Source: Macrostomum lignano (lineage: Eukaryota). From it: DNA of 64,000 nt. Location of the stretch: positions 1 through 64,000 of the forward strand of contig NIVC01000343.1 in NCBI GenBank assembly GCA_002269645.1, in the 5' to 3' direction. Of this stretch, positions 42,401-55,500 are shown piece by piece. The position numbers and the translations under genes were made by a program. Each line of letters opens with the position of its first letter. Position 1 is the first letter of the stretch. The notes beneath the pieces were generated by a model that had not been told where the DNA came from, made no database searches, and saw nothing but the letters and a program-made list of their open reading frames with translations.

Positions 42401-44359
42401 ATCCTACTGAAAATTCCCCTTTAATCCTACTGAGAATTCCCCTTTAATCGTACTTTGAATTCTCCTTTAATCGTACTGTGAATTCCCCTTTAATCCTACT
42501 GTGAATTCCTCTTTTATCCTACTGTAAATTCCCCTTTAATCCTACTGACAATTCCCCTTTAATCCTACTGAGAATTCCCCTTTAATCCTACTGTGAATTC
42601 CTCTTTTATCCTACTGTGAATTCCCCTTTAATCCTACTGAGAATTCCCCTTTAATCCTACTGAGAATTCCCCTTTAATCCTACTGATAATTCCCCTTTAA
42701 TCCTACTGAAAATTCCCCTTTAATCCTACTGAGAATTCCCCTTTAATCGTACTGTGAATTCCCCTTTAATCCTACTGAAAATTCCCCTTTAATCCTACTG
42801 AGAATTCCTCTTTAATACTACTGTGAATTCCCCTTTAATCCTACTGAGAATCCCCCTTTAATCCTACTGACAATTCCCCTTTTATCGTACTGTGAATTCC
42901 CCTTTAATCCTACTGAAAATTCCCCTTTAATCCTACTGAGAATTCCTCTTTAATACTACTGTGAATTCTTCTTTAATCCTACTGAGAATCCCCCTTTAAT
43001 CCTACTGACAATTCCCCCTTTAATCGTACTGTGAATTCCCCTTTAATCCTACTGAAAATTCCCCTTTAATCCTACTGAGAATTCCTCTTTAATCCTACTG
43101 ACAATTCCCCTTTAATCCTACTGAGAATTCCTCTTTAATCCTACTGAGAATCCCCATTTAATCCTACTGTAAATTCCCCTTTAATCGTACTGTGAATTCC
43201 CCTTTAATCCTACTGATAATTCCCCTTTAATCCTACTGAAAATTCCCTTTTAATCCTACTGAGAATTCCCCTTTAATCGTACTGTGAATTCCCCTTTAAT
43301 CCTACTGAAAATTCCCCTTTAATCCTACTGAGAATTCCCCTTTAATCCTACTGAAAATTCCCCTTTAATCCTACTGAGAATTCCCCTTTAATCCTACTGA
43401 AAATTCCCCTTTAATCCTACTGAGAATTCCCCTTTAATCCTACTGAAAATTCCCCTTTAATCCTACTGAGAATTCCCCTTTAATCGTACTGTGAATTCCC
43501 CTTTAATCCTACTGAAAATTCCCCTTCAATCCTACTGAGAATTCCCCTTTAATTCTACTGAAAATTCCCCTTTAATCCTACTGAGAATTCCCCTTTAATC
43601 CTACTGAAAATTCCCCTTTAATCCTACTGAGAATTCCCCTTTAATCCTACTGAAAATTCCCCTTTAATCCTACTGAGAATTCCCCTTTAATCCTACTGAG
43701 AATTCCCCTTTAATCCTACTGAGAATTCCCCTTTAATCCTACTGAAAATTCGCCTTTAATCCTACTGAGAATTCCCCTTTAATCCTACTGAAAATTCCCC
43801 TTTAATCCTACTGAGAATTCCTCTTTAATACTACTGTGAATTCCCCTTTAATCCTACTAAAAATTTCTTTTAATCCTTCTTTAATCCTACTAGCTTCAAT
43901 CCGACAATCAAGTTCTAATTCCTTAAAGAATCCTCTTTAATCCCCAAATGGGTTCTCATCCCTAATTTCCCTTAGAATCCTGTATCTAATTTCCTTGTAA
44001 TGTGACAGAACACGGCCTTCTATCTAATAATATCGGCTAAATAATATCGCTATTAAGCTACAGCAGGCAGAGAATATCGTTTCTAACTGCAGGTGACCCT
44101 ACGCCTAGTAACAGCCGAGCCCGAGCTGAAACAGATCGATCGCATGTTCGTCCGCTTATCAACCCTGGCAACTGTCACCCACGTGAAAAAGTACATAGCA
44201 ATGCAAGTATTCGAAGATGCCAGCCGATTTAAAGAGATTGACATCACCTGCGACAATCAGTTGCTAGGGAAGGATCATTCGCTGAAATTTGTTATAATCA
44301 CTAGGTCGTCTCGGCCGCAGCCATTGACGTTGCATTATTGCATGAAGTTGCAGTTCTGA
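36418..44359 (+). CDS. PCGF3: Polycomb group RING finger protein, PCGF3/5 family (RING plus RAWUL)
   Basis: Exons 36418-36559, 36651-36747, 38941-39271, 44093-44359, with consistent phases. [79 protein letters not shown]. PCGF3 versus PCGF5 cannot be resolved from this sequence. Confidence 0.93.
36877..37765. repeat. 30/33-bp minisatellite (TTGAATATCTAG[AAG]GTGTACAGTAGCAGT(A/C)CC)n in PCGF intron 2
   Basis: Directly visible, two length variants interspersed. Confidence 0.96.
37904..38906 (-). mobile_element. 1-kb internally deleted P/Galileo-type element with a THAP remnant
   Basis: 41-bp TIR CAGGGAAGCCTCTATGGTCGCTGC(G/A)CTCCCCAGGAAGGGAC; inner inverted repeat ATACAAGTTTAGGGG; 7-bp TSD GTTGAGT at 37897-37903 and 38907-38913. 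Minus strand KWISAIPRKW..RICSLHF..DSVPSIFPNAP. Confidence 0.88.
39395..43870. repeat. About 4.5-kb 23-bp satellite (TGAGAATTCCCCTTTAATCCTAC)n in PCGF intron 3
   Basis: Directly visible, about 190 units with recurring variants. Confidence 0.98.
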
Positions 44360-45884
44360 TCGGCTAGTTAAGTAGTAAAGTGCGAGCGAATGTGCCAAAA
44401 ATTATGCTTCATTTTTGTCCTATGTAGTCATGCACAATAGTTTTGTACTTATATATAGTGCTATCTGAATTTACGATTCACCATATGATATGGTTAACTT
44501 ATTAATTGGCTATATTAATTAATTATTTAAAATGGTTCGGCTTGTTAAACTTGCTGTTAATTGTTTGCTTGCTTGCTTTCTTCTCTATCAACTAAGTGCT
44601 TAGTAGTTTATTGTTGTTGAAGTCTTTCCCTGCAGTCGTAAAAAATGTCATTATAAAATTATCATTATCAGCGATGGCGCTTATTATTGTGAGTTTAGCG
44701 TTTTTTATTCTTCTGGCATTTTTTATTGCTTATTTTGGTTCCTCGTTTTTAATAGTATATTGGACCATAGACAGCAGGTTTATATTTGAAACGGCTGTTA
44801 GAAGTCGTTTAGAACAGTAACAACAAGCTGTGTTAACAGTGAATACACCTGGCTGGCCGTAGGGCGGAGAGGAGAGAGAATAGAGATGAGAGAAGAGAGA
44901 TGCAGAAAGGAGAGGCGAGGGGCAACAGGCGAGGCGAGACTAAAAAAGTGAGGAGACAAAAGGAGAAGAAAGAAGAGAGAGGAGCAGGGAGAAGAGACAA
45001 ACCCTGAGCGGGCCGATCCCTGGTCTATGGTATTGGTATATTCATCTAGTGCTTCGACGATTGTCTATGGCCAAAACTGTGTATGGCCAGAGCATTGAAT
45101 CTCAGACATTGAGCAGTTGAAGAACCGGAACCATTAGATAAAAATTTTGTATTTTGTGATGCACATAGCGAAAAAGTCTGCAACTGAAACTGTGACTAAA
45201 CTGTCAAACCGCATGTGTGCTCAACCGTGATTAGTAACCATGCCTGACTCAGTGCTTCTCTGTAGTTACCATGGGAACGCCAATACTTTAGATGATTGGC
45301 ATGTAGTGGACTCTGCAGCTCTATTTGCTTGGTGGGCATGGCTTCTGAATTTAGCTGCCCTGTGCTCTGTGCCATAGACTGTGTTTTGACCATAGAGGAA
45401 AGTAGAAACTTTGCTTCTTCATCATAATGTCTAGTTTCAAATAGCAAATCTCGTCAGCTTGCTGTGTGTAAATTGTGTACTTTCAAGTTCTGTTTCTATA
45501 AATATGAGCACATGGATAGAACACTTAGCATCTTGATTATTTTCCTTGTTCGCTTCGTGTGTACCGACTGCTTGTATCAATAAAATTCATTTCATTTTTA
45601 CTCAATTTTTTAATTCCGTGTGTCTCATAGTCTGTAGACATTTATTATTGGAATTTTAGTTAACCCATTTGTCTTTTTTATTGAATGCTAATTCTTATTA
45701 ACAATTGCATGTAATCCTGTTTTTACCTGTATTGTATATAGACAAGAGCCGTTAGACATGATTGTAATTGTTAATTATATAGTAAATAAATGATTACATT
45801 CAGTGTTTGTTGTATGCTTCTCGTCTACTGGCCTTTTATTTTTTTAGCTCTTTGGGTATTTTAGCTGTCTTTACCGGCAAGTTA

Positions 45885-47270
45885 GGAGGTGGCGCCTCAC
45901 TGAAGTCTCTGGTAGGAGGTGGCGCCTCACTGAAGTCTCTGGTAGGAGGTGGCGCCTCACTGAAGTCTCTGGTAGGAGGTGGTGCCTTACTGAAGTCTCT
46001 GGTAGGAGGTGGCGCCTCACTGAAGTCTCTGGTAGGAGGTGGCGCCTCACTGAAGTCTCTGGTAGGAGGTGGCGCTTCACTGAAGTCTCTGGTAGGAGGT
46101 GGCGCCTCACTGAAGTCTCTGGTAGGAGGTGGCGCCTCACTGAAGTCTCTGGTAGGAGGTGGCGCCTCACTGAAGTCTCTGGTAGGAGGTGGCGCCTCAC
46201 TGAAGTTACTGATGGGAGGTGGCGCCTCACTGAAGTCTCTGGTAGGAGGTGGCGCCTCACTGAAGTCTCTGGTAGGAGGTGGCGCCTCACTGAAGTATCT
46301 GGTAGGAAGTGGCGCCTCACTGAAGTCTCTGGTAGGAGCTGGCGCTTCACTGAAGTCTCTGGTAGGAGGTGGCGCCTCGCTGAAGTCTCTGGTAGGAGGT
46401 GGCGCCTCGCTGAAGTCTCTGGTAGGAGGTGACGCCTCACTGAAGTCTCTGGTAGGAGGTGGCGCCTCACTGAAGTCTCTGGTAGGAGGTGGCGCCTCAC
46501 TGAAGTATCTGGTAGGAAGTGGCGCCTCACTGAAGTCTCTGGTAGGAGGTGGCGCCTCACTGAAGTTACTGATGGGAGGTGGCGCCTCACTGAAGTCTCT
46601 GGTAGGAGGTGGCGCCTCGCTGAAGTCTCTGGTAGGAGGTGACGCCTCACTGAAGTCTCTGGTAGGAGGTGGCGCCTCACTGAAGTTACTGATGAGAGGT
46701 GGCGCCTCACTGAAGTTACTGATGGGAGGTGGCGCCTCACTGAAGTTACTGATGGGAGGTGGCGCCTCACTGAAGTTACTGATGGGAGGTGGCGCCTCAT
46801 TGAAGTGACTCATGGCAGGTGGCGCTTTCCTGAAGTTACTGATGGGAGGTGGCGCCTCATTGAAGTGACTCATGGCAGGTGGCGCTTTCCTGAAGTTACT
46901 GATGAGAGGTGGCGCCTCACTGAAGTGACTCATGGCAGGTGGCGCTTTCCTGAAGTTACTGATGGGAGGTGGCGCCTCATTGAAGTGACTCATGGCAGGT
47001 GGCGCTTTCCTGAAGTTACTGATGAGAGGTGGCGCCTCACTGAAGTGACTCATGGCAGGTGGCGCTTTCCTGAAGTTACTGATGGGAGGTGGCGCCTCAT
47101 TGAAGTGACTCATGGCAGGTGGCGCTTTCCTGAAGTTACTGATGGGAGGTGGCGCCTCATTAAAGGGACTGATGGGAGGTGGCGCCTTATTAATGGGACT
47201 GATGGGAGGTGGCACCTCATTAAAGGGACTGATGGGAGGTGGCGCCTCAATTAAGTCTTTGGTAGGAGGT
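45885..47270. repeat. 30-bp GC-rich minisatellite (GGTAGGAGGTGGCGCCTCACTGAAGTCTCT)n between PCGF and CLC
   Basis: About 46 units; unit variants change along the array. Confidence 0.97.
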
Positions 47271-47389
47271 GGTTTCTTACTGAGGTGACAGATGGTACTA
47301 GTGTTAAAAAATTTCATAAAAGTGCACAACTGCAACTTGATGTACCGCAAGCGCTGCCAACAGCCAGAGGCTCCGTCAGCATTGGCTGA

Positions 47390-49472
47390 ATGACGTCGCC
47401 AGCTACTACTTCGTCATTTATCGTTGGCAGCGGCGCCGATTGGGCTGCCGCAATCGAATCTGACGACGAGCTTGAAGCAATTGAAACGGACGCGCTAGTG
47501 AACAATGGCGAAAGTGTTGGCCAGTTCTGGGGCGGCGGTACATCACTTCCGATGCGGCAGAGAAAGAGTCAACAGCAGCGTGAGCTTGCTTTTAATTGGT
47601 TTTTATTTTGCGTTAGAGGATCGTAAAAAGCAGATATTTCTACTCTTAGTAGAGTATATACATCTGTACACTATTTTAGCTTGTCCACTTTTTTAATATA
47701 AGATACACTATCGCTGTGTACGTGCACACTTTGTACGTACCTTGCCGAACTGCGACAGTGTTGGCTCTCTTCTCCTGTTTAACTAATGCGACCAATGTCG
47801 CCTACAAACTGCAGAAGAAAGTGAGCGGCAAAGATAAAGTATGTACTCTTTGTACCAGCTGATACTAGCAAATATATTATTGAGGACTGAGGCACAGCAG
47901 TGTGCTCGCGGTTTATAAATTAGATCGACTGAGATTAGCAGTCTGACTGAACTATATACAAGCTAGAAATGTCGCTAGCCGAAATCAATGATGCTGACGA
48001 GGCCGAAGAGCAATTAGCCAATCCGTTCAAGGACAACGACGTCGAAGTAGATGGACCGGACGATCTGTTTTCATTTAACTTTAAATCGCTTGGTCGGTGG
48101 GACTCGCGCGGTAGGGGTCCATGGCAGCTATTTATTGAGCTCTGTTTGTTTTTTTGCTAAAGTCGATCCGGCCGCTACTTCCGGTCCTTCAGCTGTCTGC
48201 AGCCTCCTTCCGGTTCTTCAGCTGTCTGCAGCCTCCTTCCGGTCCTTCAGCTGTCTGCAGCCTCCTTCCAATTCTTCAGCTGTCTGCAGCCTCCTTCCAA
48301 TTCTTCAGCTGTCTGCAGCCTCCTTCCGGTTATTCAGCTGTCTGCAGCCTCCTTCCAATTCTTCAGCTGTCTGCAGCCTCCTTCCAATTCTTCAGCTGTC
48401 TGCAGCCTCCTTCCGGTTATTCATCTGTCTGCAGCCTCCTTCCGGACCTTCAGCTGTCTGCAGCCTCCTTCCGGACCTTCAGCTGTCTGCAGCCTCCTTC
48501 CGGACCTTCAGCTGTCTGCAGCCTCCTTCCGGACCTTCAGCTGTCTGCAGCCTCCTTCCGGACCTTCAGCTGTCTGCAGCCTCCTTTCGGACCTTCAGCT
48601 GTCTGCAGCCTCCTTTCGGACCTTCAGCTGTCTGCAGCCTCCTTCCGGACCTTCAGCTGTCTGCAGCCTCCTTCCGGACCTTCAGCTGTCTGCAGCCTCC
48701 TTCCGGTTCTTCATCCAGTCATTTAACAATCCGTCTTTCAATTCCAACCTTCAGCTTTTAAGTTTTTGGAAGACTCGCTTGTGCTTTTGCATCTAGCGTG
48801 TGTATTGTGATACATCTCTAACGATACTATCGTATTGGCCATGCAGGCTCCACAGTCACTGTCGGTGTCGCTGATGTGGACCTGACCGGCGGCCAAGATG
48901 GCGCCGAGCATCAATACGCCGACTTCGACACCATCGATTGGCTGCGCGACATTGGCAGGCATCGGCGTCGGAATCGTGAAGTTCAACGTCGACGCCGGGT
49001 GAACTATCGGGGCCGACTGGCCGCCGCCTTTGACAGCGTTTCCGGCTGGCTGTGCGTCGGCTTAATTGCGGTTGCGGCGGGTGAGTGCAGTGCCTGGAAT
49101 TGATCAGCGACTGCTACTAATATCCTTCATTTTAATACCATTGCATTCATGATACACAATGGCCAGGTCTAGTTGCCGGTGTTGTGGACATCGGCACCAA
49201 CTGGATGTCTGACCTGCGCAGCGGCATCTGCGTTGAAGCATTCTGGTTTAATAAAGAGCAGTGCTGCTGGTCAGCCAACGATACCGGCTTCGATGATGAG
49301 CAAGCTTGTGCTCAGGTGAGTGGCCGCTTCTTCAGCTTTGCCTGTCTGTCTGCCTGCCTGCCTGTCTGTCTGTCTGTCTTAGTGTCTGTCTCTGCTGTCT
49401 GTCTTAGTGTCTGTCTTAGTGTCTGTCTGTCTGTCTCTCTGTCTGTATGTCTGTCTGTCTGTTTGTCTCTGC

Positions 49473-49509
<37 letters not shown>

Positions 49510-52500
49510 GCTGTCTGTCTGTCTGCTGTCTGTCTGTCTGTCTGTCTGTGTCTGTCTGCTGTCTGTCTGTTTGTCTGTCTGTCTGCCTGTCTGTCTGTCT
49601 GTCTCTGTCTCTGTCTGTCTGTCTGTCTGTATGTCTGTCTTAGTGTCTGTCTTAGTGTCTGTAACTCTGCCTATATCTGCATGTGTTAGTATCTGTCAAT
49701 CCCCAATGTTATTTTAATGTACAAAGCAAGCCTCTCACCCGGCTCGGCAATGCAGTGGTACACCTGGGCGGAGCTGGTGGGCAACAAGAACAAAGACGCC
49801 GGCGCCTACATCTTGCGCTACGTCTTGTACGTGTTCTGGTCACTGCTGTTCGCCCTGCTGGCAGCCATGCTGGTCCGCATGTTCGCCCCGTACGCCTGCG
49901 GCTCGGGCATCCCGGAGATCAAAACCATCCTATCCGGTTTTGTCATTCGCGGCTACCTGGGCAAATGGACTCTGCTGATAAAATCTGTTGGCATCATGCT
50001 GTCGGTCTCCTCAGGCCTCAGTCTGGGCAAGGAGGGCCCGATGGTTCACATGGCCTCTTGCTGCGGCAACATCATCGCTCACCTGTTTCCCAAGTACGGC
50101 CGCAATGAGGCCAAGAAGCGGGAGGTTCTATCGGCCGCCGCTGCCGCCGGCGTCAGCATCGCATTCGGCGCTCCGCTTGGCGGCGTGCTGTTCAGCCTTG
50201 AAGAGGCCAGCTACTATTTCCCATTGAAGACTCTGTGGCGCAGCTTCTTCTGCAGCATGGTGGCAGCTTCGGTGCTGAAGCTAGTTAATCCGTTTGGCAA
50301 CGATCACCTGGTGCTGTTCTACATTGAGTACAACTCAACCTGGTCCGTACTAGAAATTGGCCCATTCATCTTGCTAGGCATTGTTGGCGGAGTGTTCGGC
50401 GCTGCTTTTATCCGAGCGAACGTTTGGGTCTGCCGGCAGAGGAAGTTCGGTCGACTGGGCCAGTTCCCCGTAGCCGAGGTGCTCGCCGTCACCTGCGTCA
50501 CGGCACTGTTAGCGTTTCCCAATCCTTACACCAGAATGAACACTAGTCAGCTGATTAAACTGCTGTTTAGCAAGTGCGGCCCCGAGGATGTTAACGAATT
50601 GTGCGACTATAAGCGGAATACTACTAACGATTTCTCCGGCTCCGCGCCCGCCGGACCGGGAATCTATAGCGCCATGTGGAAACTGCTGCTAGCTTTTGGA
50701 TTCAAAATTATTGTCACCATTTTCACCTTTGGCATTAAGGTTTGTTGTGGGGCTTTACTGTCGATTCGTTTTTGAGGATCTTGGGGGTATGTTTGGTTAG
50801 CTTTACTATTAGGTATGTTTAGGTCGCTTTAGATCTAGATCTGCTTAGGTTGCTTTAGGTCTATTTAGGTCGGTTAAGGTTGCTTTAGGTCTATTTAGGT
50901 CGGTTTAGGTTGCTTTAGGTCTATTTAGGTCGGTTTAGGTTGCTTTAGATCTTTCTAGGTCGCCTAAGTCTGTCTAGGTCGCTTTAAGTTTGTCTAGGTT
51001 ACTTTAGGTCTGTTTAGGTCGCTTTAGGTCTATTTAGGTCTCATAGGTCTGTTTAGCTTGCTTTAGGTCTGCTTAGCTTGCTTGTTTGCTTTAGGTCTGT
51101 TAAGATTGTTTTAGGTCTGTTTAGCTTTCTTTAGGTCTGTTTAGATTGCTTTAGGTCTGGTTAGCTTGCTTATGCTGTTTAGATCACTAGATGTTATTTG
51201 GATCACTTTAGTTCTATCTGTATCGCTTTAAGCCTCTATGTCGCTTGACATTTGTTCAGGTCTCTGGAGATCTGTTTGTGTCAGTTTATTGTCGTTTTAG
51301 GATTTTTAAAGTATCTTTAGGCTTTTTTATTAAGATGTTTGGCTCTGTTTAAACTTGCATTATTAGCTGCGGCACTGTTAACCCATAGCTTTTAAAACCT
51401 TGTCTGGATCTTTTTAGGTCTCAGGGTCAAGCAGAGTCTAGTGAGTCAATTTCAGAAGTGGCTGCAGCCTTTGTAAATTTTTACATTAGAAAATTAGCAC
51501 TCCTGTGCTAATCTAAACTGTCAGCTATGTAGGGGGTCTGTGGCCTGCGCTCTGCAAGCTAGTAGCATTAGTGAATAATTTAGCATTTCTCACCAAGCAC
51601 GCGTTTACGAGTATGAAGTCTTTTACCTTTTGGAAAGAAAAAGTGGCAGTGAAACTGTTGCTGTAAGTCCGATAAGAACTTGGGTGTGACTGAGAAAAAC
51701 AACGCATTATCTTACTGCTGTGCTAAATCGCATGACAGCATAGTGTATAGTAGCTTGGCACTGCTTCAACTGTGGCTGTAGCATGTAGAATCGGGACTCG
51801 ATGGAGTAGAAAGTTACTAGAACTGAGACTAGATAGAGTAGAGAGTGACTAGAACTGAGACTAGATAGAGTAGAGAGTGACTAGAACTGAGACTAGATAG
51901 AGTACAGACTGACTAGAACTGAGACTAGATAGAGTAGAGAGTGACTAGAACTGAGACTAGATAGAGTAGAGAGTGACTAGAACTGAGACTAGATAGAGTA
52001 GAGAGTGACTAGAACTGAGACTAGATAGAATAGAGAGTGACTAGAACTGAGACTAGATAGAGTAGAGAGTGACTAGAACTGAGACTAGATAGAGTAGAGA
52101 GTGACTAGAACTGAGACTAGATAGAGTAGATAGTGACTAGAACTGAGACTAGATAGAGTAGAGAGTGACTAGAACTGAGACTAGATAGAGTAGAGAGTGA
52201 CTAGAACTGAGACTAGATAGAATAGAGAGTGACTAAAATGAGACCAGATAGAGTAGAGAGTGACTAGAACTGAGACTAGATAGAGTAGAGAGTGACTAAA
52301 ATGAGACCAGATAGAGTAGAGAGTGACTAAATGACACTAGATAGAGTAGAGTGATGAGTAGAGTGGTGATTGAGACTAACTGAGACCAGATAGAGTAGAG
52401 AGTGACTAGAACTGAGACCAGATAGAGTAGAGAGTGACTAAAATGAGACCAGATAGAGTAGAGAGTGACTAGAACTGAGACTAGATAGAATAGAGAGTGA

Positions 52501-55500
52501 CTAAAATGAGACTAGATAGAGTAGAGACTGACTAGAACTGAGACTAGATAGAGTAGAGTGACTAGAACTGAGACTAGATAGAATGACTAAAATGAGACCA
52601 GATAGAGTAGAGAGTGACTAGAACTGAGACTAGATAGAGTAGAGAGTGACTAGAACTGAGACTAGATAGAATAGAGAGTGACTAAAATGAGACCAGATAG
52701 AGTAGAGAGTGACTAGAACTGAGACTAGATAGAATAGAGAGTGACTAAAATGAGACTAGATAGAGTAGAGACTGACTAGAACTGAGACTAGATAGAGTAG
52801 AGTGACTAGAACTGAGACTAGATAGAGTGACTAAAATGAGACCAGATAGAGTAGAGAGTGACTAGAACTGAGACTAGATAGAGTAGAGAGTGACTAGAAC
52901 TGAGACTAGATAGAATAGAGAGTGACTAAAATGAGACTAGATAGAGTAGAGAGTGACTAAAATGAGACCAGATAGAGTAGAGAGTGACTAAATGACACTA
53001 GATAGAGTAGAGTGATGAGTAGAGTGGTGATTGAGACTAACTGAGACCAGATAGAGTAGAGAGTGACTAGAACTGAGACCAGATAGAGTAGAGAGTGACT
53101 AAAATGAGACCAGATAGAGTAGAGAGTGACTAGAACTGAGACTAGATAGAATAGAGAGTGACTAAAATGAGACTAGATAGAGTAGAGAGTGACTAAAATG
53201 AGACCAGATAGAGTAGAGACTGACTAAATGACACTAGATTGAGTAGAGTGATTGAGTAGAATGATGATTGAGACTAATTGAGGCTAGATAGAGTAAAGAG
53301 AGGTCAGCTGTGAGAGGCCAGTTGCTAAACAAATCAGTAGACAGGTGAAAGTGGTAGGTAGGCAGACAGCTGATGCTGCTAATAGCCCGGCCGGTCTCAC
53401 CGCCTGCAGGTTCCGTCCGGCCTGTTCATCCCGTCCCTAGCTGTTGGCGCCATAGCCGGTCGCGTCCTTGGCAACCTGCTAGAACAGGTGGCCGTCTCCA
53501 ACATGGAGGCCTTCCCGTTCCGCCTGTTCTGCCGAGTCGGCCAGCCGTGCATCAACAGCGGCCTGTACGCCATGATCGGGGCTGCCGCGGCTCTGGGCGG
53601 AGTGACCAGAATGACTCTGTCTCTGGTAGCCATCATGCTTGAACTAACGGGCGGCCTGCAGTACATTGTGCCACTAATGATAGCGGCTGTCACATCCAAA
53701 TGCGTTGGCGAAGCCATCACTAAGCACGGTATCTATGAGGAGCACGTCCGGTTGAACGGCTATCCGTTCCTAGATAATAAGGACGAGTTCACGCATACCA
53801 CTATAGCCGCAGACATTATGCGGCCCAGGCCTGGCGAACCGGCGCTTAAATTACTTTATCAAGACTCTATGACTGTGGAAGCTGTGGAACGTCTGCTAAC
53901 TAACTCCGATGTTAACGGCTTTCCTATTGTTGTTTCCGAGCATTCGCACTATTTGGTTGGCTTTGTTACTAAGCAGGAATTGGCTTTGGCAATTGGTGAG
54001 AAATTCTCTCTTCGTATTGATTATAATAAGCATGGATCCCATTGATCACAATGGCATATTGTGTCTATGGTTGTGGAGTCAGCCAATGGCATATTGTGTC
54101 TATGGTTGTGGAGTCAGCCAATGGCAGATTGTGTCTATGGTTGTGGAGTCAGACAATGGCATATTGTGTCTATGGTTGTGGAGTCAGCCAATGGCATATT
54201 GTGTCTATGGTTGTGGAGTCAGCCAATGGCAGATTGTGTCTACGGTTGTGGAGTCAGACAATGACAGATTGTGTCTATGGTTGTGGAGTCAGACAATGGC
54301 ATATTGTGTCTATGGTTGTGGAGTCAACCAATGGCATATTGTGTCTATGGTTGTGGAGTCAGCCAATGGCATATTGTGTCTATGGTTGTGGAGTCAGCCA
54401 ATGGCAGATTGTGTCTATGGTTGTGGAGTCAGACAATGGCATATTGTGTCTATGGTTGTGGAGTCAGCCAATGGCATATTGTGTCTATGGTTGTGGAGTC
54501 AGCCAATGGCAGATTGTGTCTACGGTTGTGGAGTCAGACAATGACAGATTGTGTCTATGGTTGTGGAGTCAGACAATGGCATATTGTGTCTATGGTTGTG
54601 GAGTCAACCAATGGCAGATTGTGTCTATGGTTGGGGAGTCAGCCAATGGCAGATTGTGTCTATGGTTGTGGAGTCAGCCAATGGCAGATTGTGTCTATGG
54701 TTGTGGAGTCACACAATGGCATATTGTGTCTATGGTTGTGGAGTCAACCAATGGCAGATTGTGTCTATGGTTGTGGAGTCAACCAATGGCAGATTGTGTC
54801 TATGGTTGTGGAGTCAACCAATGGCAGATTGTGTCTATGGTTGTGGAGTCAGACAATGGCAGATTGTGTCTATGGCTGGGGAGTCAGCCAATGGCAGATT
54901 GTGTCTATGGTTGGGGAGTCAGCCAATGGCAGATTGTGTCTATGGTTGTGGAGTCACACAATGGCATATTGTGTCTATGGTTGTGGAGTCAAACAATGGC
55001 ATATTGTGTCTATGGTTGGGGAGTCAGTCAATGGCAGATTGTGTCTATGGTTGTGGAGTCAGACAATTGCAGATTGTGTCTATGGTTGAGGGGTCAGCCA
55101 ATGGCAGATTGTGTCTATGGTTGTGGAGTCAGACAATGGCAGATTGTGTCTATGGTTGTGGAGTCAGACAATGGCAGATTGTGTCTATGGCTGGGGAGTC
55201 AGCCAATGGCAGATTGTGTCTATGGTTGTGGAGTCAGCCAATGGCAGATTGTGTCTATGGTTGTGGAGTCAGCCAATGGCAGATTGTGTCTATGGTTGGG
55301 GAGTCAGTCAATGGCATATTGTGTCTATGGTTGGGGAGTCAACCAATGGCATATTGTGTCTATGGTTGTGGAGTCAAACAATGGCAGATTGTGTCTATGG
55401 TTGTGGAGTCAGCCAATGGCAGATTGTGTCTATGGTTGTGGAGTCAGCCAATGGCAGATTGTGTCTATGGTTGTGGAGTCACACAATTGCAGATTGTGTC

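Noticed and set aside
36877-43870. Regularly spaced repeats superficially like CRISPR arrays
   Set aside because: No unique spacers, eukaryotic intronic context, no cas genes.
44860-45005. Purine-rich GA tract
   Set aside because: Simple low-complexity sequence downstream of PCGF; no further structure seen.
48051-49689. Cys/Ser/Leu-rich ORFs ([16 protein letters not shown])
   Set aside because: Translations of the 29-bp and (TGTC)n intronic repeats.
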